Positions 13,335-25,014 of a stretch of 64,000 bases of DNA are shown here, one piece after another; position 1 is the first letter of the stretch; each line of letters opens with the position of its first letter. The stretch comes from Callorhinchus milii (lineage: Eukaryota). The DNA is taken from NCBI RefSeq assembly GCF_018977255.1, contig NW_024704742.1, positions 125,800,001-125,864,000 of the forward strand, given 5' to 3'. A program made the position numbers and the translations under genes. Below the pieces are notes generated by a model, which was not told where the DNA came from, ran no database searches, and worked only from the letters and a program-made list of their open reading frames with translations.

Positions 13335-13426
13335 GTTTCAATTTCAAAATAACAGTGATGCTGCCAGCTATTCCTGTACCTACTCTAGCGACAGCAAAAC
13401 GATGGTCGGAACATTTGTAGTTCAAA
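13335..13426 (+). CDS. emb: Embigin-like exon, Ig1 C-half
   Basis: ttacag acceptor and A|gtgagt donor; QFQFQNNSDAASYSCTYSSDSKTMVGTFVVQ (DxxxYxC); phase 2-1. Confidence 0.85.
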
Positions 13427-14411
13427 GTGAGTTAACCGCCGTTGGATCAGAATGATTCCAAATACCCATACACACAAGAAAGTGTCCGGCTGTAATTTGT
13501 GATATTTCTTGTATTAATTGAATCATGGATCCTAAATTTATAAAGTCCCCAAATGTTCCCTCCACCCCCTTCCCCCCCACCATGTGATTCCCTTGATGCC
13601 CATTTCTGGACTTAGCCTTCCGTGAATTTATTTGATAACCACAAAGTTGTAATTAACACACAAATCCATTTGCCAATTTGCCCATTGTCAGTCTAAATAT
13701 TTTTTGTGTGATGGAAATGAATGGTAACTAATCATTTCATTTTGTTTTGTAATATGTTGCACCACATGTGCCTTTTCCCTATGTATTTTATCATGAAGAA
13801 CGCTATACGAATGCAAATTGTTGTTGTTGTATTAGCTTAGCTCGGAGTTAGAAGGTTGTGGGTTCAAGGCTCTACGTTGGGACTTTGAGCTCAAAGTTTA
13901 GGCTGACACACCTTGCAGCGCTGTGGGAGTGCTGCATTATCGAAGGTGCTGTCCATCAGAAGAAATGTAATAATACAAGACAGTAGTGAAATGAAGAGGC
14001 AATAGGTTACAAAATATACAGTCATTTCACTTTACAGTATATTCTGTGAAGCCCTTTGAGACATCTCGAAAACGTGATAAGGTACTATATCAAATGCAAG
14101 GATTATTATTATTATTATTGTTCACAGCCTACAAACCACAAACAACTATTTTATTCTGCTTATGAGCTCAAAATATATTTTGTCTTAAAATTAGAAATAC
14201 TCTTGAATAAACAATAAAGCACGCTCTCGGGGCTGTCCTAGAGTGTCTATTTGAATAATACTGAACCTGCTTTGTGTAGGCAAACTGCAGGGTATGGCTA
14301 GTTACCTGTTCTGAATGATTTCTACTGCTCTACATTATCAATATTCAGCATTTCAGTTGAAGGGTAAAATGGGCTTCCAGTTTAGATCTATGTTAATTTC
14401 TTTATATCACC

Positions 14412-14740
14412 AGCTCTGAAGAAATACTTTGACTTTCAGCATAACCAAGAGGAGTTTCAGCTGTTCACCAGAAATTTGAATCATAAATTGGTCTTTCTTG
14501 CTTATACCCTTTAACTCAGACTGGAACTTTGAGAAAGAAATCAGGTTTGACCAGCTGTGACAGGCATATCAGTTAGAGCTTTATCTAGCAGGGTTTAAGA
14601 CACATCTACACCAGCAAGTGTGTCTTAAACCTTGGATTTCCCTGGGTTTTAGCCAGACATACCTCTTCAAAGTCCCTAGAAGTTAAAAGGCTTCTAAAAG
14701 AAAATTCATTATTCTGCTCAATTCAAATCTTTCAGAGCAC
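14412..14740. repeat. Decayed fold-back (MITE-like) palindrome
   Basis: Perfect core ggtttaagacaca / tgtgtcttaaacc plus degenerate outer arms. Confidence 0.55.
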
Positions 14741-15093
14741 TTGGGGAGATATAGAATAATCCAGTTAATTTTCATATCATTTCAGTAAGTATTTTATATC
14801 CTCCATGCAGCGATGTGAATGATTGGATCAAGGAACTCTGCAGAAACGTAGAATAATGCAGCTTTAGAGCAGTTTCACTGAATAGCGTGCACATCGATCT
14901 TCCAGATCATCAGGGGTTGCTAATTTAGACATGGAGACAGAATTGTCCATCAAAGTGACATAGTTCAATTACCTTAGTGTAGTCTTGGTACCCAGGGGAC
15001 CAGCGAGGGTCTACAAAAACATGTAATTCCATGATTTGCTACAGACTAACATCAGCAATAATTCTTCATGTTGGTCTGTCTCTGTCTCCTCAG

Positions 15094-15221
15094 TTCCTCC
15101 CATATCTGTCAAAGATGAAAAGGTATCTCGTTCAACCGGTGATCTGGCTAATCTGACCTGCGAAAGTGAGGTTCTTCCCCTTAACTGGGCCTGGTCAAAG
15201 GACATCAATGGCAGCAAGGTG
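15094..15221 (+). CDS. emb: Embigin-like exon, Ig2 N-half
   Basis: tctgtctcctcag acceptor and GTG|gtaaga donor; IPPISVKDEKVSRSTGDLANLTCESEVLPLNWAWSKDINGSKV (cf. embigin GDSTVLTC..PLNWTW..NGS); phase 1-0. Confidence 0.9.
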
Positions 15222-15954
15222 GTAAGAAAAACTTAATCTCTTTTTCAATAAAATATTTGTTTTGCACAAATGGAGACACATTAGACTCTAGGTCACAAAG
15301 TTCCAGGTTCAAACGTGAGCTCTAAACACTCCAGGGCATCCCTGAAAGAGCACGTTTTTGTCAGAGATGCTATCCGTTGGATGAGGAACTAAATCAAGAT
15401 TCAGTTTTCCTGTTTTGGTAATATTTTGAAGAGGAGGGGTTCTCTCTGTGTCCTGGCCAATATTACTTTCTCATCCACAAATAGATAAATTGGTCATTGA
15501 AATGTTATTGCTGCAAATTAGATGGCATTATTTGAAGTCACTTCAAAACAGTAACTTTTTGCGTGAAGCACTTCGTGTTTGAGTGTGATAAGACACTGTA
15601 TCAAATGCAATCATTATTGGGGTTGGAAAACTATTCAAATGACAAAGTACAATGTAAAAGATACCTTGCATCAAAAACCTGCTTCAGGACCTAAAGTGCT
15701 TCTGTAACAAGGAACCCCATGCACTTAATCCTGGCTCATGAAATCTTAGTTCCACCTTATATCTCCCCAAAGTTGAAGTCAGTGAGACTTACATGAGATT
15801 CCATTTAGAAAATGCACCTCACATGTTAAAGCACATTTTCAAGACTGTTGAGGCATTTAATGGGTTGAAATTCTGGTTGGTGTTTAAGCATGGCGTATTT
15901 GACACGTCTAATGGGATGTCCTGATTATTAATCCAGCAGCATAAAGACCTTGCA

Positions 15955-16965
15955 AAGAGGTCAACATCATCAACCTCTTCCTGACACTGTTCCTTCCCCC
16001 TTCAAAACAGCCATTATCACCCCCACCTTGAAGAAACCTTCCCTTGACCCATTAGAGCTATCCAGCCACCACCCCATCTCAAACCTCCCTTTACTATCCA
16101 AAGTCCCTGAGAGAGCCGTTGCCTCCCAGCTTCACTCTTTTCTCTCCTCCCACTCCCTCCATGAACCCCTCCAATTTGGTCAAGGTCACAAACGGCATCC
16201 TGACCATGTGCGACCAGGGCTCCCTCTGCCTCCTTGTCCTCTTCAACCTCTCCGCTGCCTTTGACATTGTGGACCACTCAATCCTCTTCCACCGCCTCTC
16301 CTCCCACCTCAACCTTCAAGGTTCTGTCCTTGACTGGTTCAGATCCTACATTTCACACCGCCTCCACTTCGTCGCAGCAAACGGTTTGTCCTCCAGCCCT
16401 CACACTGTCTCTTGCGGTGTTCCTCAGGGCTCTGTCCTCGGTCCCCTCCTCTTCACCCTCTACATGCTCCCCCTGGGTGACATCATCCGCAGACATGGGA
16501 TAAATTTCCACAAGTATGCAGATGACACCCCAACTCTATCTCTCTGCCTCCACCCTGAACTCCAGGACTACTATCATCCTGACCGACTGCCTGTCCAATA
16601 TCAACTCCTGGTCGAGGGACAACTTTCTCCAACTCAACGTCAGCAAGACCGAGGTCCTCCTGATTGGCTCGCACCAGCGCCTCTTCACCTCAGGCGCTGG
16701 CAGCATCAGCCTCCATGGCTGCACACTCAACCTCACTAAGCCAGTCAGGAACCTGGGTGTCTTGTTTGACCCTGAACTGTCCTTTATCCCGACATCCACG
16801 CCATGATCGGCACTGCTTACCACCACCTCTGCAACATTGGCGGAGTCCACCACTGCTTCACCCCTCAGGTTGCCGAATCCTTCATCCATGCATTTGTCAC
16901 ATCAAGGCTCGATTACGGAAACTCCCTCCTCATCGGCCTTCCCAACTCTTCCGTTCACAGCTACC
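15955..16965 (+). mobile_element. L2 LINE RT fragment
   Basis: [22 protein letters not shown]; frameshifted. Confidence 0.92.
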
Positions 16966-19216
16966 CAAAATAACCCCACTCCCCCTCTCTCTCCCTACTA
17001 CCCTGCAAACTTGTCCTCCCCAAATAATTAAATTTATTTAAGTCCTGTTATAGAATTGTAAACCTATTACACCCGTATCAAGGTGCATGGTCGATTTGAC
17101 TGGACATACGCACAGCTGACTAACTTGCTCCCTGCGAGTTGGCTGGTTTCTGCAAGAAAAATGGGCGATTAGCTGGCCACTGTATCACTGCCAATATCAC
17201 TTCTTTATGAAAATAAAGCAGAAAGTGATATGAAACAATTTGAGCATGAAAACCCATCCAGCGTGTAGGAAGTGAGCCAGAGAGCAGCACACAAACACAG
17301 TGAATGGGGTTCAAAGTGCAACCATGTAATAAACGAATACGCACTATAGTAAAGTCCACAGTAGACGCATGCTATAAGCGAGGCAGCGATATGTTGAAGA
17401 ATATTAGAATGGAATTTCACTATATTTCTGTTCCCAAATCTAGTGCAGTTCAAGATCTCACTGAAACATGTTGCTTCTGCATAAAACATGGCTGTGAGCT
17501 TCTGAGGTGGTTCAGTGCAAAGTGTGTATAATTTTTAATTCTTAGCAAAAGTTTAGTAAATTTTTTCAGATGGTCACTTCTTACCACTGTGATGATATAT
17601 TATGTGCTACACATAGGACAGGAAAACTGCTTCTTTCATTAACGGACCACAGACCCCAAATTTCTCTGAAATCTCATCTCTTGTTAGTAGAATGAGATAT
17701 GAAACTGCTGTGCTATTATTTCTGTGGCCAATTTAACTTTTTTTAATTGTCGTTCTTATTGATTTTCAGCCTCACTAAAAATATATATTTTTGGGGCAAT
17801 CCAGTTACCAGTCACATTAAATATGGTAGTCATAAAACAATCCAGAACAGCACCGATGTGTGGTCCATCAGGTCAGACTGTATTTCAACACATCAGAGAT
17901 TCCACATGTAATAATAATAAAAATCCTTGCATTTGATATAGCGTTTTTCACATCTTCTAGACGTCTAGAAGATAAAAGAGTAATAAATCAAAGAGTAATT
18001 TGCTGTAACACTGCTCTATTTGTGGGAGATGACCTGTGATAGAAAATTCTGAATATTAGCTGAGCTGTGCATAAGTTGAGAAACATTCATGACGTTTCCG
18101 AAGCTTTGTTCATTGCTCTTCCTGTAGGAATGTTTTTTTGAAAACAAATGTTTTCATATTTACCAAAGGTCGAAGCTTGGTGCATTTTTTTTATTTTTGT
18201 GGGGGGAAAAAAATCAATAATTTGGTTTCTTGCAGATTTTGAAATTGTTCGCAATCTTTAGAGTTCGGTAGCTGAAAGATTCTTAAAGTGCATTTTTGTT
18301 TGCCTGGAAATATACTGCATCAGTTCATTTCAGGATCTTCCGCACCCTTTACAATGTGAATACATAAAATCCTATATAAAATAACCAACTGACTCCTCTT
18401 TGAATCCATATTACACAATGTCCCTCCTCCATATTTTGATCATCTAGGTGCCTGACACATGCAGAAACCAATCACCATGCTTTAGAGTATTCAAACCAAA
18501 CTGGGAGTTTCACATATATATGTCACTTGCACATGGAAATTTCCCTGCATTCGGAGGGGCAGCATTAGAGAAATAACTTAGAGAAAGATTTCTGAGGCAT
18601 TCCCCACCTCCTCCTTCTCCACAGCAAGAAAAACAAATCATTTAAAAAATCACATTCCGATTGAGAATGCGGTCTGGCTAATTGCCCAAGGGCTCTAACA
18701 GATGAAATCCAGCTTGATGCTTTTAAAGGAGGACGGTTGGGTGGGTATGAAAACAATGATATCAAATAGCCTGAAGGGTCAGAATAGTGGATTGAAGCCC
18801 CAACACTCCAATGCAGTGCACTGCATTTGTTGGAGGTGCTGTCCTTTGGATGAGACATTAAACCAATGTCCTTTCTGTCTGGTCAGGTGGATATTAAAGA
18901 TCCCAAGGCACTATTCTAAAAGTGAAAGCAGTTTCTCCTGATGGCCTGGTCAACAATCCCCCAGATGAAATTGATAATTTACTTCATTGCTGTTTGTGGG
19001 ACATTGCTGTACGCAAATCGGCTGCTGCATTTGCCTGCAAAAATATGAGTGGGAGTGGGTCATGTAACTGTAACCTCTTTCGGTGCTGTTGAAGCTTACA
19101 GATGTCACATTTTGTGGTGCAGTGCAACTGAGATCTTAAATGGCTTTGTGTATATAAAAAAAAGTGCTGTTATTGGTTTTGTTTAAAAAAACATGTCCTC
19201 TTTCTACACAATTTAG

Positions 19217-19490
19217 GACCTGAGTAATGATACAGATGGCCAGTATTCCATTCAGATCCACGGCAACAAATCATCCCTCTTGATAAAGAACCTGGTTGCT
19301 AATGACAGCAATTATTACCACTGCCATGCTACCTATGAAGTGGGGATTGTGGGGAATAAGATCTTCCTGCGTGTTCACAATTTTATTGATGCCATCATAC
19401 CTTTCGTATTTATTGTCGGGGAGGTGCTCATTCTAGTTGCTATCATTCTGGTTTGTGAGTGGAAGACAAAACCAAAAGGAGATTCTGCGG
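19217..19490 (+). CDS. emb: Embigin-like exon, Ig2 C-half plus transmembrane helix
   Basis: atttag acceptor and G|gtaaga donor; DLSNDTDGQYSIQIHGNKSSLLIKNLVANDSNYYHCHATYEVG...AIIPFVFIVGEVLILVAIILVCEWKTKPKGDSA; PF....EV TM motif of the basigin/embigin/neuroplastin family, with CE after the TM as in embigin. Confidence 0.93.
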
Positions 19491-20129
19491 GTAAGAAACT
19501 GCTCACCTTTCTTATGTACCCCCCACCCCTTAAGGCTTACCTCTTTGACTGCACTTTCGGTCATCTCTTCCCCCCATTTCCTCCCTCTCGGCCAACTCTG
19601 GGGCCCATTCAGCAGGGTGAAGTGCTTTGAGATGACCTCCCAACGTGACAAGTGCTATATAACTAATTAAATTTATACTTATACCATTTTTTAAAAGGTT
19701 GATCATTCACTTCATGGCTGTTTGTGGAACATTGCGGTGTGCCAATTGGCTGTCCTGTTCGCCTAAAAAGACACAGTCACCACACTTCACAGTAAAATCC
19801 TACAAAGCACTTTGAGATGCTTCAACAGCATGATAAGGCATTGTATCAAATGCCACGATTATAATGCGACCTGTGTACAAATTGCATTGTAATATTTCAC
19901 TTGAAACTGGATGTATCAAGTTCCGATTATTACAATTTCCAATCATACGCTTTAGAGCTTAAATGCACTATGCTAATCTTTGTCAGTGCTTGACTCACTT
20001 TGTATAATACTGTCACAGATATTTACATAGATTTATATAGATTGTAAAGTACAGAAACAAGCTATCTGACTCAACCAATCTGTGCCATTGTTTATACTCT
20101 ACATGAGTCTCCAACTGCTTCCTTCTCCA

Positions 20130-20597
20130 TAGGCTTCGGATCAACCAGAACTCTGCAGCCTCTGTTTTTTCCCTCACCAGGCTCCGTGACCCTATCACCC
20201 CCATCCTTGCCCAACTCCACTGGTTTCCTATCACACAGAGGATACAGTTCAACATCATGGTCCTCACCTTCAAAGCCCTCCACGGTCTTGCTCCCCCCTA
20301 CCTCTGCGACCTCCTAACCCCCTACCATTCTGCTCCCTCCCTCTGCTCAGCGGGCTTCATGTCCCCCGACTCGCTCGCCCCACTATTGGCGGGCGGGCCT
20401 TCTGCCACTCTGCCCCCATCCTCAGTTCTTCCTCCCCGCCCCCTCCCTTGCCACCTTCAAGACCCATCTCAAGACCGTGGCCCTCCATCCTCCCCAACTC
20501 CGACCCCCAGCTCGGGTCCGAAACTTTATCTGTCCAGCGCCTTGGGATGTTCCCCTGACGTGAAAGGCACTATACAAATGTAATTTTGTTATTGTTG
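20130..20597 (+). mobile_element. L2 LINE 3' fragment
   Basis: FKALHGLAPPYLCDLL, stem-loop and TTG-rich tail. Confidence 0.85.
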
Positions 20598-21527
20598 ATG
20601 TTCTGCGGTCGATACCCTTTTTTTCTCCATCTTTCCCTTCTCGGCCTCTGTATGAGATCAAAATTCCACATAGTTTTAGCTTTAGGGCTAGTCTAAAATT
20701 TCGGATCGGCCAGGATTTCGGCAATTTTTTAGATGTGAGATATAATTTAGGAGCCGGTTTGCAAAACATTTTTCTAATAAAGAACTGGAAAAGTGACTGA
20801 CGTTAACAATTTGCTAAACTAAATTTTGCATAGCCTGAAATGTTAACACAATAATCTTAGGGCAGGTGGAATTTCTGGTTTCTAAGGCATGTTCGTGCCA
20901 AAATCAAGAAGCACACCGATGGTCCCAACAGGACCAATACATCTACAAAGCAGTCTATCCTTTGTTTCTTTCTCTCTTTCCTTTCCCTCACCTATGATAC
21001 GATCAAAGCTCCTAGCAGTGAACTCTGGCCTGCATTTTAACACAATAATCTTCGAGATGTGTCCCCTCCACACATTCTGCGTACTTAAGATTGCATTCAG
21101 TGGAGCCTCGTTATAACATGGTATTTGGGATCCTAGATACGCACTCAGCCCACTGTTTCCCATGTTAAAATAAAAATATCCACCTTCCGCACTATAGGTA
21201 ACTGCTGACAACTTCCTATTTCCTGTGCAGCAAAGCAGGAAGTGTCATTGACAGCTCCTAATAATCTGGAACTCAGGCATTTTAGTCAGCCCAGCATATG
21301 GAAGCACATTCCAATGGGGCGGCACTGTAGTTGTTTAGAACAATAACAACAACAAAATTACATTTATATAGCGCCTTTCACTTTGATAAGATGTCCCAAG
21401 GTGCTGAAGAGCACAGGAACATACTCTAATTGCAAAACTAACTGAACTGATTAAAATAGTGCTGGGCTGACAGTACCAAGGAGTAGAATAATCTCCCTCG
21501 CTGCAAATTTCTTCCTTTTATACAATA

Positions 21528-22099
21528 CTAGTTGTACCCGTTTCAGCTATGCTTGCAACCAAAGGATCCAATATGGAATGTAGATTGACACCCAGAAAGA
21601 CACACAGACAGACATTTCATCTTTATCTACACTCATTTGGGAGGACTCCTTTTGGGAGGACTCAGCGGGAAAGACTCTGCCCTTTAAAAATGTAATTTTG
21701 TTGTTGTTGCCGCGGTTTAGCTTTGTCTGTGTTCTTTATTTTGTTCCCGCCACTTGGCTACGCGCGTGCTCTGAGACGAGGATGCCACAGTGCCATGGTC
21801 AGTCGGTGTGGCCACCAGGTATTACTGCAGTATGTGAGTACATATATAGGTGCTCTGTGACGCACGATGCCACAGTGCCACTTTGACTCGGCGACCACCC
21901 GGTGTAACTGCAGCAAAAAATGCAAAACTGAAAATAACTCATGAACGATAGGAGATACCCAAAAACAAAAAGGCCCATGTCTTTCCCAGGTGCAAGACTG
22001 CTCCGATGAGGCACAAATCATGTCTCTACATCAATCGGTTATTCAGATCCTTCTTGAAGCGCAGACAGACATTGTCGTTTTATTAGTATATATATAAGA
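21528..22099 (-). mobile_element. Non-autonomous Helitron
   Basis: Minus strand A|TCTTATATATATACTAATAAAAC..TGTCTGTCTG ... CGGGTACAACTAG|T; TC/CTAG termini, A-T target, no TSD. Confidence 0.7.
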
Positions 22100-22188
22100 T
22101 TACTAAATTATCCTTTCAGGATGGTGGCTGTCTGTGTAATTATTTTATTGTTTGTTGTTTGTTTTCCCGCATGACATTCTTGACACAG

Positions 22189-22225
22189 TGAATGGCACAG
22201 AGACTGAAAAGTTTCATGAGAAAGT
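22189..22225 (+). CDS. emb: Embigin-like 37-nt cytoplasmic micro-exon
   Basis: T-rich tract and acacag acceptor, GT|gtgagt donor; VNGTETEKFHEKV; gives the required phase 1-2 bridge. Confidence 0.75.
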
Positions 22226-22313
22226 GTGAGTATATTCATTGTGGCTTTATTGAAAGATTTAATTGGAAACATTTTATTCTTCAATGCTAATCTGAGTTTC
22301 AATGGCCCTGCAG

Positions 22314-22361
22314 GAGTACACAGGAGGCACTGGATTCCAATGAAAATGGAACCCGGCACCG
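22314..22361 (+). CDS. emb: Embigin-like cytoplasmic exon
   Basis: ccctgcag acceptor and CG|gtaagt donor; STQEALDSNENGTRHR, resembling the family C-terminal RHR/RQR motif; phase 2-2. Confidence 0.85.
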
Positions 22362-22439
22362 GTAAGTGCAGCTGCTTCAGCACAGGTCAGACAGTACTGT
22401 CCTGGATTAAGTGACTATTCTTTATTATTAAGTTTCCTT

Positions 22440-22705
22440 ATTCCACATGCCTCTGTTTACCTAGCAGTAAGTAGGAACCCAGTTGTAGATCGATTGGCAG
22501 ATTGCTTTCCGGGGATAAAATAATCCCTCAAAAAAGAATTGGTCAATCGATCCACGACTGTGTGTAGGACACTGCTTTGCGCAATTGGCTGCTGCATTTT
22601 GCCCACAAAACAGACTTTATAATATATTCTGTGAAGCGCTTTGAGACGTTGTAACAATGTGAAAAGGCGGTATATCAAATGTAAGGATTATGATTATTAC
22701 TATTA
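22440..22705 (+). mobile_element. 5'-truncated SINE, long subfamily
   Basis: gtttacctagcagtaagtaggaaccc module, Deu core, TTA tail. Confidence 0.8.
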
Positions 22706-23304
22706 TGGAACTGCGGGTCTTCAAGGAATTTAAGTCAAACCAAGCGAGATTTGCCTTAAACTTTGTAGCTCTATGTAGTACAATTTAGTAGGTGCAAAAA
22801 ATGAATTTGAATTAAACTAAGTGAGGTTTGCAAATTGCCCTCATAACTCTGTCATCTACTATTTTTAATAAAGGGGTTAAAAAATGTAATGTGCCATAAC
22901 CAATTCCATATTTATAGAAAGTGTTATAGAATCTGATATGGAACATGGCACTTTTAACTCCAGTATCCCACAAGGAATGCTGTTTACTGCTTTGAAGACT
23001 AAAATAAGCTTTGATAAATTCTTATCAGACTACACTATTCTTTTCAGGTGAGTTTTCTTAGGTAGCAGAGGGAAGGATGTCTTGTCTCACCAATAATACA
23101 TTACAACATCAACAACAAATTGCATTTATATAACACCTTTCTTCGATTGTGCCTTCAGTTGCCCTCCCACCTCTGGGCCTTCCCTCATCCCTAGCCCACC
23201 CCTCCCCCATGCTCAGGTCCTGACCCCTGACTGTCTAGCGCCTTGGGACATCCTCCCGACGTGAAAGGCACTCTATAAATGTAATTTTGTTGTTGCTGTT
23301 TGTG

Positions 23305-23965
23305 TTCACTACCTCACCCCTCACGCTGCTGAAACACTGGTCCACGCCTTTATCACCTCAAGGCTGGACTATGGGAACTCTCTCCTCGCCGGCCTTCCCG
23401 GCACCTCCCTCCACAAGCTGCAGGTCATTCAGAACTCTGCAGCTCGTGTACTGTCCCGCACCAGGCTTCGCGACCACGTCACTCCTACCCTCGCTCGCCT
23501 CCACTGGCTCCCCATCCCCCAGAGGATCGAATTCAAGATCCTCATCCTCACCTACAAGGCCATTCACGGCCTCGCTCCCTCCTACCTCTCTGACCTACTA
23601 TCCCCCTACTTACCTGTCTTACCCTCCGTTCCTCTGGCTCCGGTCTGCTCCACATCCCCCGCCCTAACCGCCCTACCATCGGTGGCCGGGCTTTCAGCCT
23701 CTCAGCCCCCAGGCTGTGGAACTCCATCCCCCAGTGCCTTCGCCTTGCTTCTTCCCTTTCCTCCTTCAAGACCGGTCTCAAGACCTTTCTCTTCAAACGT
23801 ACCTTCAGCTCCCCTCTCGACTCTCTACCCCCTCCTTGCTTCCTCCCTTCCCTCACACTGACCATTTCCCCCCTGCTCGGGTCCCGACCCAACTGTCCAG
23901 CGCCTTGGGACGTCCTCCCCACGTGAAAGGCGCTCTGTAAATGAAATGTTGTTGTTGTTGTTGTT
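23305..23965 (+). mobile_element. Young L2 LINE 3' fragment
   Basis: CpG-retaining; intact 3' stem-loop and (TTG)n tail; followed tail-to-tail by an older minus-strand L2 (~23966-24430). Confidence 0.9.
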
Positions 23966-24610
23966 CATGTCAAGAGGACGTCCCAAGTTGCTTTACAGTC
24001 AAGGGTTCGCACCTGATCTGGAGATTGGATTAAGAGAGGTGGACGAAAGGGGTTTGTGAATATTACTGAAGTCACGATCAAGATGGAAGGTCTTGAGATG
24101 AAATTTGAAGGAGACAAGAGAACGAGCAAAGCAAAGGGTCACCGGGATGGAGTTCCAAAGGATGGGGGCAGAGAGACTGGTGCCATTGGTGGGGTGGGCA
24201 GGGTGGGGGGCATGGAACAGGCTTGTGCCTGCCAAGCAGAGGGAGTGGGCGGGTTGCTAATGTTTTGGAAGGTTGCAGTAGTCCAATGGGATAAGACCAT
24301 GAAGGAAGAGGATCTTGAACTCAATCCTTTGGGCGATGGGGAGCCAGTGGAGCTAGGCAAGGATCAGGTGATAGGCTTGTGGAGCCTGGAGTGGAAGAGG
24401 ACACAAATTGCAGAGTTGTGAAAATTCAAGCAGAATCCAATGCATTTGGGAGAACCATCTGCTGAGAAGGATAACACAACAACAACTTGCATTGATATAG
24501 TACAATTCATCCAGTAGCATTCACCGCACTGAAGCTCAATCTTCACTGCTACAATTTGCCATTTGCAGAAAAACTACACCCCACTCATTTTCTTCTTGTG
24601 GAGGACTTGT

Positions 24611-24920
24611 GGAGTACTGTAGCTCAGTGGTTAGAGCACTCATTTTGCAAGTGAGAGCCCTCAAGTCCAGGCAGGGTGAAACCTTGGGCAAGTTTCCTTA
24701 CTCCACCCGCCTAAAAGTAATCCCTCTAAAAACCAAAAACAATAATAAATTGATCATTTTCAATCTACGACTGTTTGTGGGACATTGCTGTGCGCAATTG
24801 GCTGCCGCGTTCGCCCACAAATATACAGTCAATTCACTTTACAGTGTGTTCTGTGAAGCGCTTTGGGACGTCCTCCCGACGTGAAAAGCGCTATATCAAA
24901 TGCAAGGATTATTATTATTA
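24611..24920 (+). mobile_element. Young SINE, short subfamily
   Basis: Head ggagtactgtagctcagtgg; 3' part appears identical to the 3165-3490 copy. Confidence 0.92.
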
Positions 24921-25014
24921 TATTCTTCTTTCCCTGCCTTGTTGTGCTTCTTTTCTTTGATCATGTTATTATGCTCTATTCAATTGAAACCAAGTCAGCT
25001 GACACAGCAGAACC

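Noticed and set aside
19491..19630. C-terminal extension of ORF 19280-19630
   Set aside because: Read-through past a strong donor into a decayed L2 tail
20636..20662. Similarity to the U2 snRNA 5' end (cttctcggcct..agatcaa)
   Set aside because: Short, mismatched, no branch-recognition or Sm site; probably chance
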